From assembly GCF_009914755.1 (NCBI RefSeq), contig NC_060936.1: DNA of 64,000 nucleotides; one strand, written 5' to 3'. Below the pieces are notes generated by a model. It saw only the letters and a program-made list of their open reading frames with translations, had not been told where the DNA came from and did not search any database. Both the position numbers and the translations under genes were made by a program. This document shows positions 1-13,664 of this stretch, in pieces. The first letter of the stretch is position 1, and each line of letters opens with the position of its first letter. The stretch comes from the human T2T-CHM13v2.0 reference genome, Homo sapiens.

Positions 1-769
1 AATAGGTAGTGGAGCTGGGCTTCGCACCCACCTGATTTGACTTTCTGCCATTTGCAGCCAGTCAGTCCTGATTAATGTGTCATGTGACCCTGGGCACCTG
101 CTCTGAACCAAACTGGAAGGCGAGCTGGCCGAGAAGCCCCTTCCTTCTCAACAAACGGGTCAAAGCTCCAGTGCTCCTACTCCGACAGAAACCCCGACAA
201 ATGGAGATGGCGGTGGCCAGGGTCAGCAAGAGAAGCAGGCGGCCTGGGTTGGGGGCCCCGGGACCACACACGGAAGGCGCCGCGTTGCCTTCTCACCCGG
301 CACCAGCAGCCCCAGGCAGCTTAACCCAGGAGGTCACGCGTCTCTTTTGAAGTCTGAGTCACAGGACGAAGATTCCATTTAACGCCCCGATAAAGCAAAA
401 CCACTGAGAAAACAAACGAGAGGCTGCCCAGGCATGAAAACGCCCACCCTCCGGGAGCCCCGGGCTAGCTGCACGGCAACGGGGCTCGTTCCAAGCCAGC
501 CTGTCGCTCAAGAATGATCCCAGTCCAGGAAGATGCAAGGCCGTGACTATCAGCCCCATTTTACGGGTGCGGAAATGGAGGGCCAGAGAGGTTGCACCAC
601 CTACGCAAGGTCACACAGCCCATGAATGAGACCGGAAATGGCGAATAAAATTCAGGTCTCCTCATGCCCCCCAGTGCTCTTCCCTCCTTCCTCAGGGCCA
701 GGTGAGAGTTCTCCCTCCCCTGCTGTAGAGAGCAGGTACTGTTTTGGGGTACACCGCATTCATTTCTCT

Positions 770-923
770 TTTTTAAGAGACAGGGTCCCGCTCTGTTGCC
801 CAGGCTGGAGTGCGGTCATGCAATCATAGCTCACCTCAGCCTGGAACTCTTGGGCTCAAGCAATCCTCCCACACTGGCCTGCTAAAGTGCTGAGATCACA
901 GGCGTGCGCCACTGCATGCAGCC
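770..923 (-). mobile_element. Alu monomer / deleted AluJ
   Basis: gagacagggtc...caggctggagtgc...gtgctgagatcacaggcgtg. Confidence 0.8.
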
Positions 924-1184
924 TCATTCCCCTTTTCAATGGGGGCATCACTCTGAATTTCCTCCACGCAGTCCAGGACAGTCAGGTGGCCTCCACCCCC
1001 TGAAAGGGCAGAGCCTGTGCCCCAGGCCTGGCCAGTCAGAGCACTGCTAGCCAGGTGACTGGCTCAGAGACGGGCATGCGACCCGAGCTGGTCCCATCAG
1101 AGGGAGGGCTAGGTAATTGTGCCAGAGTTACCAGGGAGGAAATATTCCATCTCCCCCTAGACTGGAACCAAGGGAGATGTGAGT

Positions 1185-1622
1185 TAACACAACACAAGTG
1201 TATTATTTTACAGTTCTAGAGGTCAGAAGGCCACAGCGGGCCTCACTGGACTAAAAGCAAGATGTTGGCAAGGCTGTGTTCCTTCTGGAAATTGCAGGGG
1301 AGCATCCATTCTCTGCCTTTTCCAGCTTCTAGAGGCTGCCCGCACTCCTAGGCTCATGGCCCCTTCCAGCAAAGCCATCACTCCTGCCTCTGCCTCTGCC
1401 TCTGCAGTCACAACTCCTCTCTCTGACTCATGCTCCTCTTTCACTGATAAGGAACCTTGTGATTACATCACCCTTATGATAATCCAGGAGAATCCCCCCA
1501 TCTCAAGACGTGTAACGTCATTAGATCTGCAAGGTCCCTTTTGCCATGTCAGCTAACATATTCACATGTTTCCTGGGATTAGGACATGGACATCTTTGGG
1601 GGTGGTTATTTTGCCCACCATA
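1185..1622 (-). mobile_element. MaLR LTR (MLT1-type)
   Basis: cagttctagaggtcagaag...gattaggacatggacatctttggggg resembles the MLT1 consensus. Confidence 0.7.
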
Positions 1623-4600
1623 GCAATCAGAACCATAGCAGGCAGGGTGCCAAGATGGAGAGGAAGTAAATCCTGGTGAATATTTTGAGCCCCCGGATCA
1701 AGCTGTACCTGAAGGTATGTACTTAACTTTTCAGTTATATCATGATGATTAAATTTCCTTTTTTCCCCTAAGCTAGTTGGAGGCTTTTGTTTTGCTTTGT
1801 TTTGTTTTACCTTTTGCAAACAGAGAGCCTGGCTGAATTAACTCCCAACCCATAAAGATTTCACCGTGAGAAATTACCAGCTTGCATGTGTCTCTCACAT
1901 GAGGCTGAAATCTTGAGAGTAAAGACAACACCTCCTATAACTTTGTCTCATCAGCACCTAGCAAAGGAGGCACTGAGAAAATGTGTGTTGATTGAATAAC
2001 AATTTGCTGATGGAATAAACACCCTCCTACATGCCCTCCCTCAGTGGCCATCACGAGAACAAGAGGGCAGAGAGAAGCCTTGGCAGGATTTCCCAGGGGT
2101 GAATGGCAGGCCAGTCATTTCCCTCTGGGGGTGGCGGCTTCCTCAGAGAGAGGCGACCCAGACAGAAGTCCTGGAGAAAGCCTGAGTTCCATGGGCAGTG
2201 AGTGGCCCTGCCACCCAGATCCAGCGCTTCCCAGTTGATCCCGGGACAGCAGCTGCAGCACTCTGCCGACAAATCTTTCTGAGTCATTTCTGGTCAGGAA
2301 GCAGCTCGCTGTCAGATGAAAGTCACAGCGGCTCCCTCCACACACCTGGAGGAGGCAGCAGCCTCCTCATTTTCCACAGCCGAAGAGCTCGGCGGCCATG
2401 GCCCTGCAAGGAGGGTTTTATGGGGCCAGGAGAGGAGTCAGAAGAGAAGCCTCCCAGGAGGACCCGCATGTCCTGGTCTTGGTCCCCAGAACTGAGCTAT
2501 CATTTTACCCGATGACTAGGTCACTGCCATTCTTGTTCCCACGTGCGTCTGAGACACATGGTCCAAGGCAGGCTCCCTCCCTCTCTTCTGCGCCCCCCTC
2601 CCCAGACATACCTGCCTGTTCTTTTCTGATTTATCCTCTGTGGGCCCCCAGGGAAAGGCCTCATCCCTTGACAGATCCACGCTGAGCCCTGGTACAGCAG
2701 TGGGGCGGGCCTTTGCATATGCTGTTCCCTCTAGCTGGCACACTGTTCCCCACATGGTCTAAACTTTAGCTACTGTCACCCAGGGATGCTCAAAGACTGA
2801 ACTGAAACATTGCTTTTTGTTCATGTACTCAACTGGCATTTATCATGATCATTGGTGATACGGATACAGCACTTACAATGTGCCAGACTCTGTTTCATCT
2901 ATTACAGATACACATAACAACTTATTTAGTCTTCACCAAAAGGCTAAGAGGTGGGGAAATTGAGGCACGGGTAGTAAGTGACAGACCCAGAATTTGGACC
3001 CAGACAGAGCTGCCCCCAGGGACTGGGCGCTCAACCCTTGGGCCACACCATGCTCGACAGATTTCCTGGACTCCTGGACTTTAGCCAAGTCCCCCTGCTG
3101 TGCCCCCACCCCCAACTGCCTACCAGACCCCGTGAGCAGGGGCAGGGGCTGCTTCGTTCACCTGTGACCCCCAGCACCCTCACTGAATGGTACATCAATA
3201 AATAAATGAATGAATTGCAACCAAGCCTTGTGACCTTGGGCACTTAACAGTCCTGTGCCTCAGTTTCCCCTCTGTGGAATAGGGACAATAATGGTATCGA
3301 CTCTGACAAAAGGGGAGTCCTGACAAGGAATTTGAATGAGAAGGAATTTCCTGATAAGGAATTTGAATGAGAGATGGGGGGATCTCAAAATACACCAGTG
3401 ATTTCAGTCACACTGCTCCACAGAGGCCCAGGCATGAGTGACGTTATATAAATATTTAATAACTTGATGGTCTGGGCTCCCATCCAATGGAATGAAACCT
3501 GGATGTAAACACCGGGCACAGTGTCCTTATGTGGATCGGTGTGTCTGACCCCTGGGCACCCGCTGGGGGTGCAGCTCCACCAGGCCCAGTGCTCTGGAGC
3601 TCCCGCAGACGCCACCTGCCACCACGCATAAGCCAAGGTGAACAGGCAGCCGCAGGAAGGGCGTCCAGATGGGTGAGTCGCTGGGACCCTTTGCAGACTC
3701 CCGAGGGGCGGTGGAGCCCACAGAAAATGCAGTGGGGCTGCAGAGCCTGGACTCCCCACCCAGGCCAGATGTCCTCAGCTCAAGACCCACCAGGCGCTTC
3801 CTCCCCGCTGGTCTACAGTGCCTGAAACGTGGGCCTCCCCGACGCGGGCAGTGGGTCTGTTGGAGTGGCCAGAAGGGTCCTGTTAGGGAACCTGTGGATG
3901 GCTCAGGATTTTAGAATACTCCGAGCCTGGGGTGCCCAGAGAGCGGACCTTCGGAACCCACATGAGTGTCTCTGCTTGTGACTCCCGGCAGCTCCTTAAT
4001 CCTAAAGAAGCCAGATCCGAATCTTGCCAAATTGTAGCCAGGAGTTCTCGAGCAGCCGGAGAGCGATGGATTTCCACCGGCAGAGGAAAGATCCAGCTTT
4101 AGGAGCAGAATCACACCTGCCAGCTGGCCCTAGCAAGCTGTGGTCTCTGGGAGGCCAGGGACGAGAGCCCACTCCCTCCTCCGTTCATGGCTCAGGGTCG
4201 TGGCCAGAGCCTGCCTGTGTAGAGGCGACTCCAGCAGCCCCCAGCCCCGCCCAGCTCTGCCCACACAGCTGCAAGGCCAGCATCCTGCCCTTTGTCAAGT
4301 TCACCACAGTCATGTCCCACCCCCCATTCGCTGAAATCAGCCCCAAATTGCCTGGAAACCCAGACCCCGCACCCCCTCCCCAGCTTTCCTTCTTCATGGA
4401 GTTTCTATTTCAGAACAAGGAAACAGATACCCCCAAAACAATTAAAGAAATAAATCTATAATTACAAATTGTACTACGTGCCATGGGGAGAAATGGCAAG
4501 CAAAGGAGATGGGCTACTTTTAAGGATGAGTTTTGACACCAAAATAGTTCCAGGATATTTCCTGGGTTTGTGAGAACAAGGGTTTTTATCCCACGAAAGA

Positions 4601-4767
4601 GAGAACAAAGAAAGGAAAGAGGGAGGGAAAAGAAAAGGAAAGAAAGAGAGGGGAGAAGAAAGGGAGGGAGAGAAGTCAGGAAAGAGAAAAGGGCCACTGA
4701 TTCCCCAGAACCATGGCCTCATCCAGGGGCCATTACAACGCAGCCATGAGACAAATCCAGCCAGTAG

Positions 4768-5122
<355 letters not shown>

Positions 5123-5708
5123 ATTCTTTACATTTTTAAGGAGTTTTTACAAACAAAACAAAAAATAACAAAGAATGCACAACAGAGGCCTCATGACGCA
5201 CAAAGCCTAGAATATTGACTATCTGGCCCTTGACAGAGCACGCTTGCCATCTCCGAATCCCGCCACTGACTCCTGCCTGGGCCAGCCGTGAAAAGCAGAA
5301 AGAAGGGACAGATCAGACGGCCGAGAATTTTCCATTTCTGCCCACGAGGCCAAGCACCATCCATCACAAACCTCTAAACGCCGAGGCCTGGAAGGTTAAG
5401 TGATTTCTGCTCCAGCTCAGTGAGGCGAGGTCAGGGGCCGGCCAGAGAATGGATGTCCTCATGCACCAAAGAGAAAGGAGTCATTGCCCAGCCTCTACCA
5501 TTAGCCATTGCTCATCGGCTGTTTAGGAAGCAGGGGCATTAATTTTGCTTGTTCCACGCGTGGTGTTTTATGAAATAAGGGGAGAGAAAAGGCCTATTTG
5601 TCAGTCAGGGCTCCTGGCTTCAAGTGACAAAATTCCCAATTCAAAGTGGCTGAAGCGACGGAGAGAGTTTATCGGCTCATGTTACTGAAAAGTCCAGGGG
5701 TTGGGTGA

Positions 5709-6024
<316 letters not shown>

Positions 6025-9000
6025 CTCTGGGTTGGTTTTATTCTCAGGCAGGCTCTCCCGTCCTAAGGTAAGAATCTCACTGATACCCGACTACATCATG
6101 TGACCCTCCTTTGGACCAATGACTGCTGTCAGAGGATGGGATGACCTGATTGGCCAAGCCTTGGTCATGTGCTCCTCCAGGAGCCAGGGAGGCGGGGTCA
6201 GCCCCACCTGAACTACAGATGATGAGAGAAAAGAAGAAAGCTGTTTTCCTCAACGAGATCCGGGGCGCCATTACCAGGAGGAACAGATGCTGAGTTGGTA
6301 AAAGCAACAGCTGTCCCCAACAGAAGCAAACTCCTATTTCCCAGGCCCCTTGGCTAAGTCTCACCACCACCCATTTTACAGCTGAGTAAACTGAGGTCTT
6401 GGAGGTGAAGTCAGTCTCCTTCTTTGGTGATGCAGTCGGCACCCCAGTCCCAATCTAGGTCTGATTCATGCTCAGGCTGTTCACATTGACCAGCGTGCAT
6501 CTCTAATCCTGCCCTCCAAGAAGCCTGCACACAGTTGGTGTGCAATAAATGCACAGCACATCAAATTGTTGTTAAGAGTCTGCCCCTGCCCACTGGACCA
6601 TAAGATGCCTGAGGGCAGAGACCATGTCTGTCCTGTTCACTGTGGCACCCCAACACCCAGAGCGTAGTAGGTGCCCCCCCCAACGCTTGGTAAATGAATG
6701 AATGACTCCCTGGCGTATAGTACGCGCTCCACAAATACTGGACAAACATGTATCTCTGTGGATGCTCCACAAATACCTGCTAAGTGAATGCAAGTCTGTC
6801 TAGGGCCTCACGCACAGTAGGTACTCCACAAACAGTGGTAAATGAACAGATTCTTAGTGCCTGCACATAGTGGGTGCTTAGTAAATATTTAGTGAATCAA
6901 TGAGTGGATCTCGATGGGAACCAAGCTGCCTGGATGCTCAAATATTTCCAGATCATTAACAAGATAGAGAGAGGAGAGAGATTAGGGGGCTGGTGGGGGA
7001 GGAATGAATGAGTGAAAGAATGAATGAAGGAAGGAAGGAATGACAGAAACCTTTGCTGGACTTTAGTGCTCAGACAAGGATCCACAGTCCTTGCGGCTCC
7101 ACAGCGAGAATCAAGGCTGCCTGGAAGGAAGACCCAGTTTTGGAAAGGGCGCTGGGTCTTTGTGAGCTAGGAGAGGGGGCGGCGGGGCTGGCAGCAGAGT
7201 CAGGAGGAAGGGAGGTCAGCCAGGGCGGGCGAGCAACGGGGCCGTGCCAGGGACACCGCGCCCCGGGCAGGGCCTGCTCCCCCTGCCCCGACCTTGCCTC
7301 CCGTTCCACAATAGAGCATCCATTGTAAGTGGGTAATTGGGTTCCGGCACATCCCCTCCCCCGGCTGGGGGTGGAAGCAAAGGGAAACACAATCTGTTTT
7401 CTATTTGTCACGGCTGCCAAGACGCCACTCCCTCCCCCAGCCTCCGCTCTGGCTGGCCCGCTGAGCCACAGCCGCTGCGACATTCCTTGGCCTGGGCTGA
7501 GCCTGCATTCAGAGCTGCCCACCCCCGCTGGCTGACCCAAGAGAAACCACGTGACAGAGACCCAGAATCAGCCTCAGGGGCCTCCTGGCCTCGTTCCCCA
7601 GCCTCCCCCATGGGAAGCCAAAACCACAGCCCTCGCTGGAGGCTTTCCACCCCAAGGAGGACTCACATCCTGGCTCCCTCTCTTTTTAGCTGTGTGACCT
7701 TGAGCCAGTCACTCAGCCTCTCTGTGCCTGTTTCCTTCTCTAAAATGGGGAGGATAGTAATGATAGAGAGGCCCTCTTGCGTGTTAAACATACTCCTCCA
7801 GGCAGAGTGCAGAGCACATAGAAAGGGTTTGGTCGCTGTTAGCTGTCATTTGATTTATTCTTTTAGGGAGTGAGTGGGACCTTCCTGGTTTCAGTGTAAT
7901 TCGCAGAGTTGGGTGTCTCTGTTCCCGAACAATTTGAAGTGGGGGAGACAAGGGTAAATGCTCAGGGGGCCCCATGCCTGAGCCGCAGGCTGCCTCACTG
8001 CACTGCCCACTCACACGCAAAGGGCCTGTTGGATGCCTCATGTGCGCCCAGCTCACACTGACCTGACAGGAGAGGATCAGAGAGGTGAGAGGAGGAACAT
8101 ACAGAAAAGTCAAAGGTCTGAGCTCTGCCTATGAGGGGCTGGCGACCCGTAGTGTTGGGTTAGAAAGCAAACAGGCTCTGCTGACATGTCCCTAAGCCCC
8201 TGAGTTCTGTGGGAGTTGGGGAACTGCAGCAGGCTTGGAGGACTTCCTGGAGGAGGGGAGCCAGGTTTGAATCCTGCCTCTGCTGTGGGTCTTGGGCAAT
8301 GTCTTCACCGCTCTGGACTTTGTGATTTCATCTTTTGGGGACTTCTTCAAGAAAAAGAACAGCACAAGTCAGCCAGGCCTTTAACAGGTAAGGTTAGGGC
8401 AATTTCAGAAGAAACCAAGACACCTTGAACTTGGCTTTCGTTGTTGGATGAAATCCCGGGGTGGCCTTGACTTGGATGTTCAGAGTAATCCTGCTTCAGC
8501 CCCGCAAAGGGCCTGTGTGGACAGATGTGCACCTGGGGCTCCAACCCCAAGCCCCTCCACACCTTGGGCAATCACTGAACCTCCCAGACTCAGTCTCCAC
8601 ATCTGTAACAGGGGACTTCAGAGGCACCAGCGTGAGAGCTTAAGCTAACAGACTTGGCACACAGCAACTGTTCAATAGATCTTAGCAACTACCCCTAATT
8701 CCCAGAGGCAGAGGCGTCTGAGAAAAGCGGAGGCAACAGACAGCAGAGGCCACAGCTTATTTGTGGACAGCAGCGGGGCCCTCACTCCCCTCTTGATGAA
8801 TAAACCTGCACATGGTAGTAATGGTCCACATGAGTTCTTTCATGACCTCAGGTGCATAAAATCGGATTAATCATTGTCTTGTGACTCACTCCCATGGTTG
8901 GTGAAGCCTGACCTGTTTTGTTTTATGGGTTTATTTCTTCATTTCTTTTTGTGGTTTTGAATTTGTTTCACAATATAATGGACACTCATGAAGCTACCCC

Positions 9001-9324
9001 CAATGCAAGAACAGAACATAGGCAGGGACACATCTGCCCCCAGACTCTCCCCAGAAGTAAGCCCCACTCCTCGATTTAAATAAACACGTATTTTGTCCTC
9101 ACTGTGGGCTTTGGGCATGAGCATGTTTGTGCCTAAACCGGTGCTTCTCACACGACAGTGTGCTCAGTCACTTGGGAGACTGTGGCCCAGCCCAGAGCAT
9201 CCAACTCAACAAGTCTGGAGGAGAGCCCGAGAATGTGCATTGCCAACACGTTTCCAGGAGCTTTTGCTGCTGCAGCTCTGGGACCACACACTTCGAGAAG
9301 CTCACCCTAAAGAATGTATTATCA

Positions 9325-9632
<308 letters not shown>

Positions 9633-9749
9633 TCATAGTTGTTTTTAAACCTCCTAACACAAGGGTCATGGTGTATGTGGTCTTCTGTGACTAGGTTTTA
9701 GGTTTTGTTTTTTAACTCTCCACAGATGAGTCTTGATTTTACCTGAAGT

Positions 9750-9910
9750 GAGATTGACTCCGGGCACTTTGGTAGTGTCTGGAGACATTTTTGGCTGTCA
9801 CAACTGGTGGAGAGGGTGCTGTGGCTCCAGGTATGCTGCGAAACGTCCCACAACCCACAGGACGGGCCCCATCACGAGGGGTGCACTGGCCTCCAATGTC
9901 CGTAGTCCCA
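9750..9910. mobile_element. MER20-like hAT DNA transposon fragment
   Basis: gtgtctggagacatttttggctgtcacaactgg. Confidence 0.65.
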
Positions 9911-9919
9911 AGAGACGCG

Positions 9920-10285
9920 AAGACGCACGTCCGCGCAAGAACTTGTACACAAATGTGCATAGCAGCGTTATTCACAGGAGCCAAGAAGTGAAAACAGCCC
10001 GAAAGTCCACCCGCTGACGACTCCATAAACCACACATGGTCTGTCCATGCAATGGAATATGACCAGCCACAAAACAGATTCAGCACTGACACGCTACAAA
10101 GTGGACAAACCTCGAAACATGATGCAGAGTGAAAGACGCCAGACACCGAAGGCCACACAGTGTCCGGTCCCATTTCTATGGAAAGCCCAGACCAGGCGGA
10201 CCCGTAGAGCTGTACAGTAGGTTGGTGTTTGCCAGGGGCCGGGGGAGAAAGGAACAGGGGGTGACTGCGCATGGAACAGGGTTTC
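9920..10285 (+). mobile_element. Old L1M 3' fragment
   Basis: cacaaatgtgcatagcagcgttattcac...atggaatat...gtgaaagacgccagacac. Confidence 0.7.
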
Positions 10286-10293
10286 GTTTGTGC

Positions 10294-10907
<614 letters not shown>

Positions 10908-11613
10908 GGTTTCCTTTTGAGGCTTGAAGATGCTGCTGCTGCACACATTCTTAGTCATGTCGCCTGGGACGCACGTTCAAGAATTCTGCCTTGGCGCACA
11001 CCAAAGAGAAAAATTACTGAGTCTTCAAGAACAGGAAAGCTCCACTTTACTGGAAAATGTTGGCATTATGTTGAGTACTTGCTACTTGCACCCGGCACTG
11101 GGCTAGATAGCGACCTATTTTCTCATGTAATTGTCCCTGCACTAGTATTCTTGGGTCCATTTTAGAGATGAGGAAACTGAGACTCAGAGAGGGGGATTAA
11201 CTGGCCTGGCCCAAAAGTGGCAGAACAGCCTTAAGCTCTTGGCCACTCATCCTACAGCTCACTCCCGTCACTCCCCTTGGAGCCTGAGAGACGGTTCCCC
11301 AAACAGGCACACTGCAGGCAGCGGGGCGGGGAGGGGGCTTGGCAGAAGCCACGGACATCCCCCCCGGCAATGGCCTTTGAATAATTCACCAGCCGCTTCC
11401 AGCCCAGCCCAGTGGTAAACACTTGTTTAGAAAGTAACCAAGAGCCTCCAACAGGTTTCCCAGAATGTGGCCTGCTGAAATTTCTGGAACCCCTGGCAAG
11501 CCTACATAACAAATCCCAGCCACCTATGCCCTCAGGTACACAGAACCGTCCACCACCCCAATGCCTCCTGCCTGCCCTGTGTCCAAACTTCAAAAAGTGC
11601 CTGCACACCCACA

Positions 11614-11856
11614 CAGAGAGGAAAAGCACAGCTACAGCGCATGCAGGTCTGCAAGCCGCCAACCTGGTTCCCAGCAGAGAGGAAAAGCACAGCCACAGTG
11701 CATGCGGGGTCTGCAAACCACCAACCTGGTTCCCAGCAGAGAGGAATAGCACAGCCACAGCGTATGCGGGTCTGCAAACCGCCAACCTGGTTCCCAGCAG
11801 AGAGGAATAGCATAGCCACAGTGTATGCGGGTCTACAAACCGCCAACCTGGTTCCC
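11614..11856. repeat. Minisatellite, ~4 copies of a 61-62 bp unit
   Basis: cagagaggaa(a/t)agc...aacctggttccc units start at 11614, 11675, 11737 and 11798. Confidence 0.93.
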
Positions 11857-12821
11857 GATGCCAGTTTTACTGTGAACTTGCTCTGTGACCACAGGGCAGT
11901 GACCTGACCTCTCTGAGCTCCAGTCTCCTCACTTAATATAAGAGGGATATCAAGGCAACATGCATACATGTCAGGCCGCAAACCCCGATCTGCAAGATAT
12001 AACTGATTTTTATTTCTTTCCAATTGACTGGGGGCTGATTCCAAACCCCATCCTCCCAGGATGAAGGAAGATTCAGTCTCAGGATTGGGGCTCCTCCATG
12101 CTGGGTCGGATCAAAGACCAAATGTCCATGAGGTCCCTCCAGTCACTGGTTCCCCTGGGCACCCTGGAGAGACCTGGGATGGGGAATGGGGACTGTGAAG
12201 TGGTCCTTTCTGGGGTGAAGGGGGCGGGCCTTGTCTGTCCTGGAACTCTTGGCTTAGGGCGCCCTCTTCCTGGTGCAGGACACAAATTCTAGACCCCTCA
12301 CCTCCAGAGCATTGCGGCAGAACCAGGTCACCAGGCCTGCCTCACTACCTGCTCCCAGCACACGAAAATCTCGCTCCCTCTCTCCATTTCCCTCCAGAAC
12401 CAGCAACAGCTTTCCTCGCAAGCTCAGGTGTGACCAACGTGTAGTTCTCCTGTTCTGTGGGAGTAAAACTGGCTGGGCACACGGCCACAAAGCCTGAGAC
12501 CCGGAGACCTCGCTCCCCCTTCCCTTGCTTCTGCTGGAATGTGAATGGAAGTGTCCACACCTGCTTCACGGGCTTCTCCCTCTCCCCCTTTCTGAGAGCT
12601 GGAATGTGGGTCTGGTTTTAACACTGCTTCAACCACGCCATGAGGACCATATCCAGGCGGGATGGACGACAGGATGGAAGGGGCTGGGCCCCAATTACTG
12701 TAAGGCAAAGCTCCTGGCCGTCCTGACGGCCCGCCTCCGTCAGCCCTCTTACAGTAGAGAGAAACAAGCTTCTCTCTTGCTTTAGCCAATGTTGCATTGG
12801 AGTTTCTCTTCTTTCTCTCTC

Positions 12822-13161
<340 letters not shown>

Positions 13162-13560
13162 TAATACATCGAGTTTTCACAAAAGGCCAGTATAGATGGA
13201 CTATCTTCCAGAGGCTTCTCATCTCTGCCCAGAAAAACAAATATCGAGGAAAGGGCTGGATGTTGCCTTGGAATTGAGGGAGGGAAATCACAGGGTGAAT
13301 AAACACAGATGACTATCTCAGTAAAGAACCTGCTTACCACAGTGCCTTCCTTGGGGGGTGGTTTGAAGGACCCCCAGGGACTGATGCATACAAGACAGCC
13401 GGCTCCTGAGGCCTGGGGCACAGCGAGCGCCGACTGCCAGAAAACACCGTGGCCGCGGGGCGGCTGCACTGAGCCTTGTCAATAGTGAGCACTTTGCCGT
13501 GAGCCCTGTCTGGCTTACAACCTGGCATGTGGGCTTGGGCAAGTCATTTCATAGTTGCCA

Positions 13561-13664
13561 CAAATAATTACCGAGCACCTACTGTATGCCAGGCACCAAA
13601 TAATTACTGAGCACCTACTGTATGCCAGGCACCAAATAATTACTGAGCACCTACTGTATGCCAG
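13561..13664. repeat. Tandem repeat, 2.9 x 36 bp (caaataattactgagcacctactgtatgccaggcac)
   Basis: Units start at 13561, 13597 and 13633; near-identical. Confidence 0.93.

Noticed and set aside
11252-12044. ORFs with repeated peptides (ANLVPSREE, VCKPPTWFPAER)
   Set aside because: Artefact of the 61-bp VNTR; the frame shifts with each unit.
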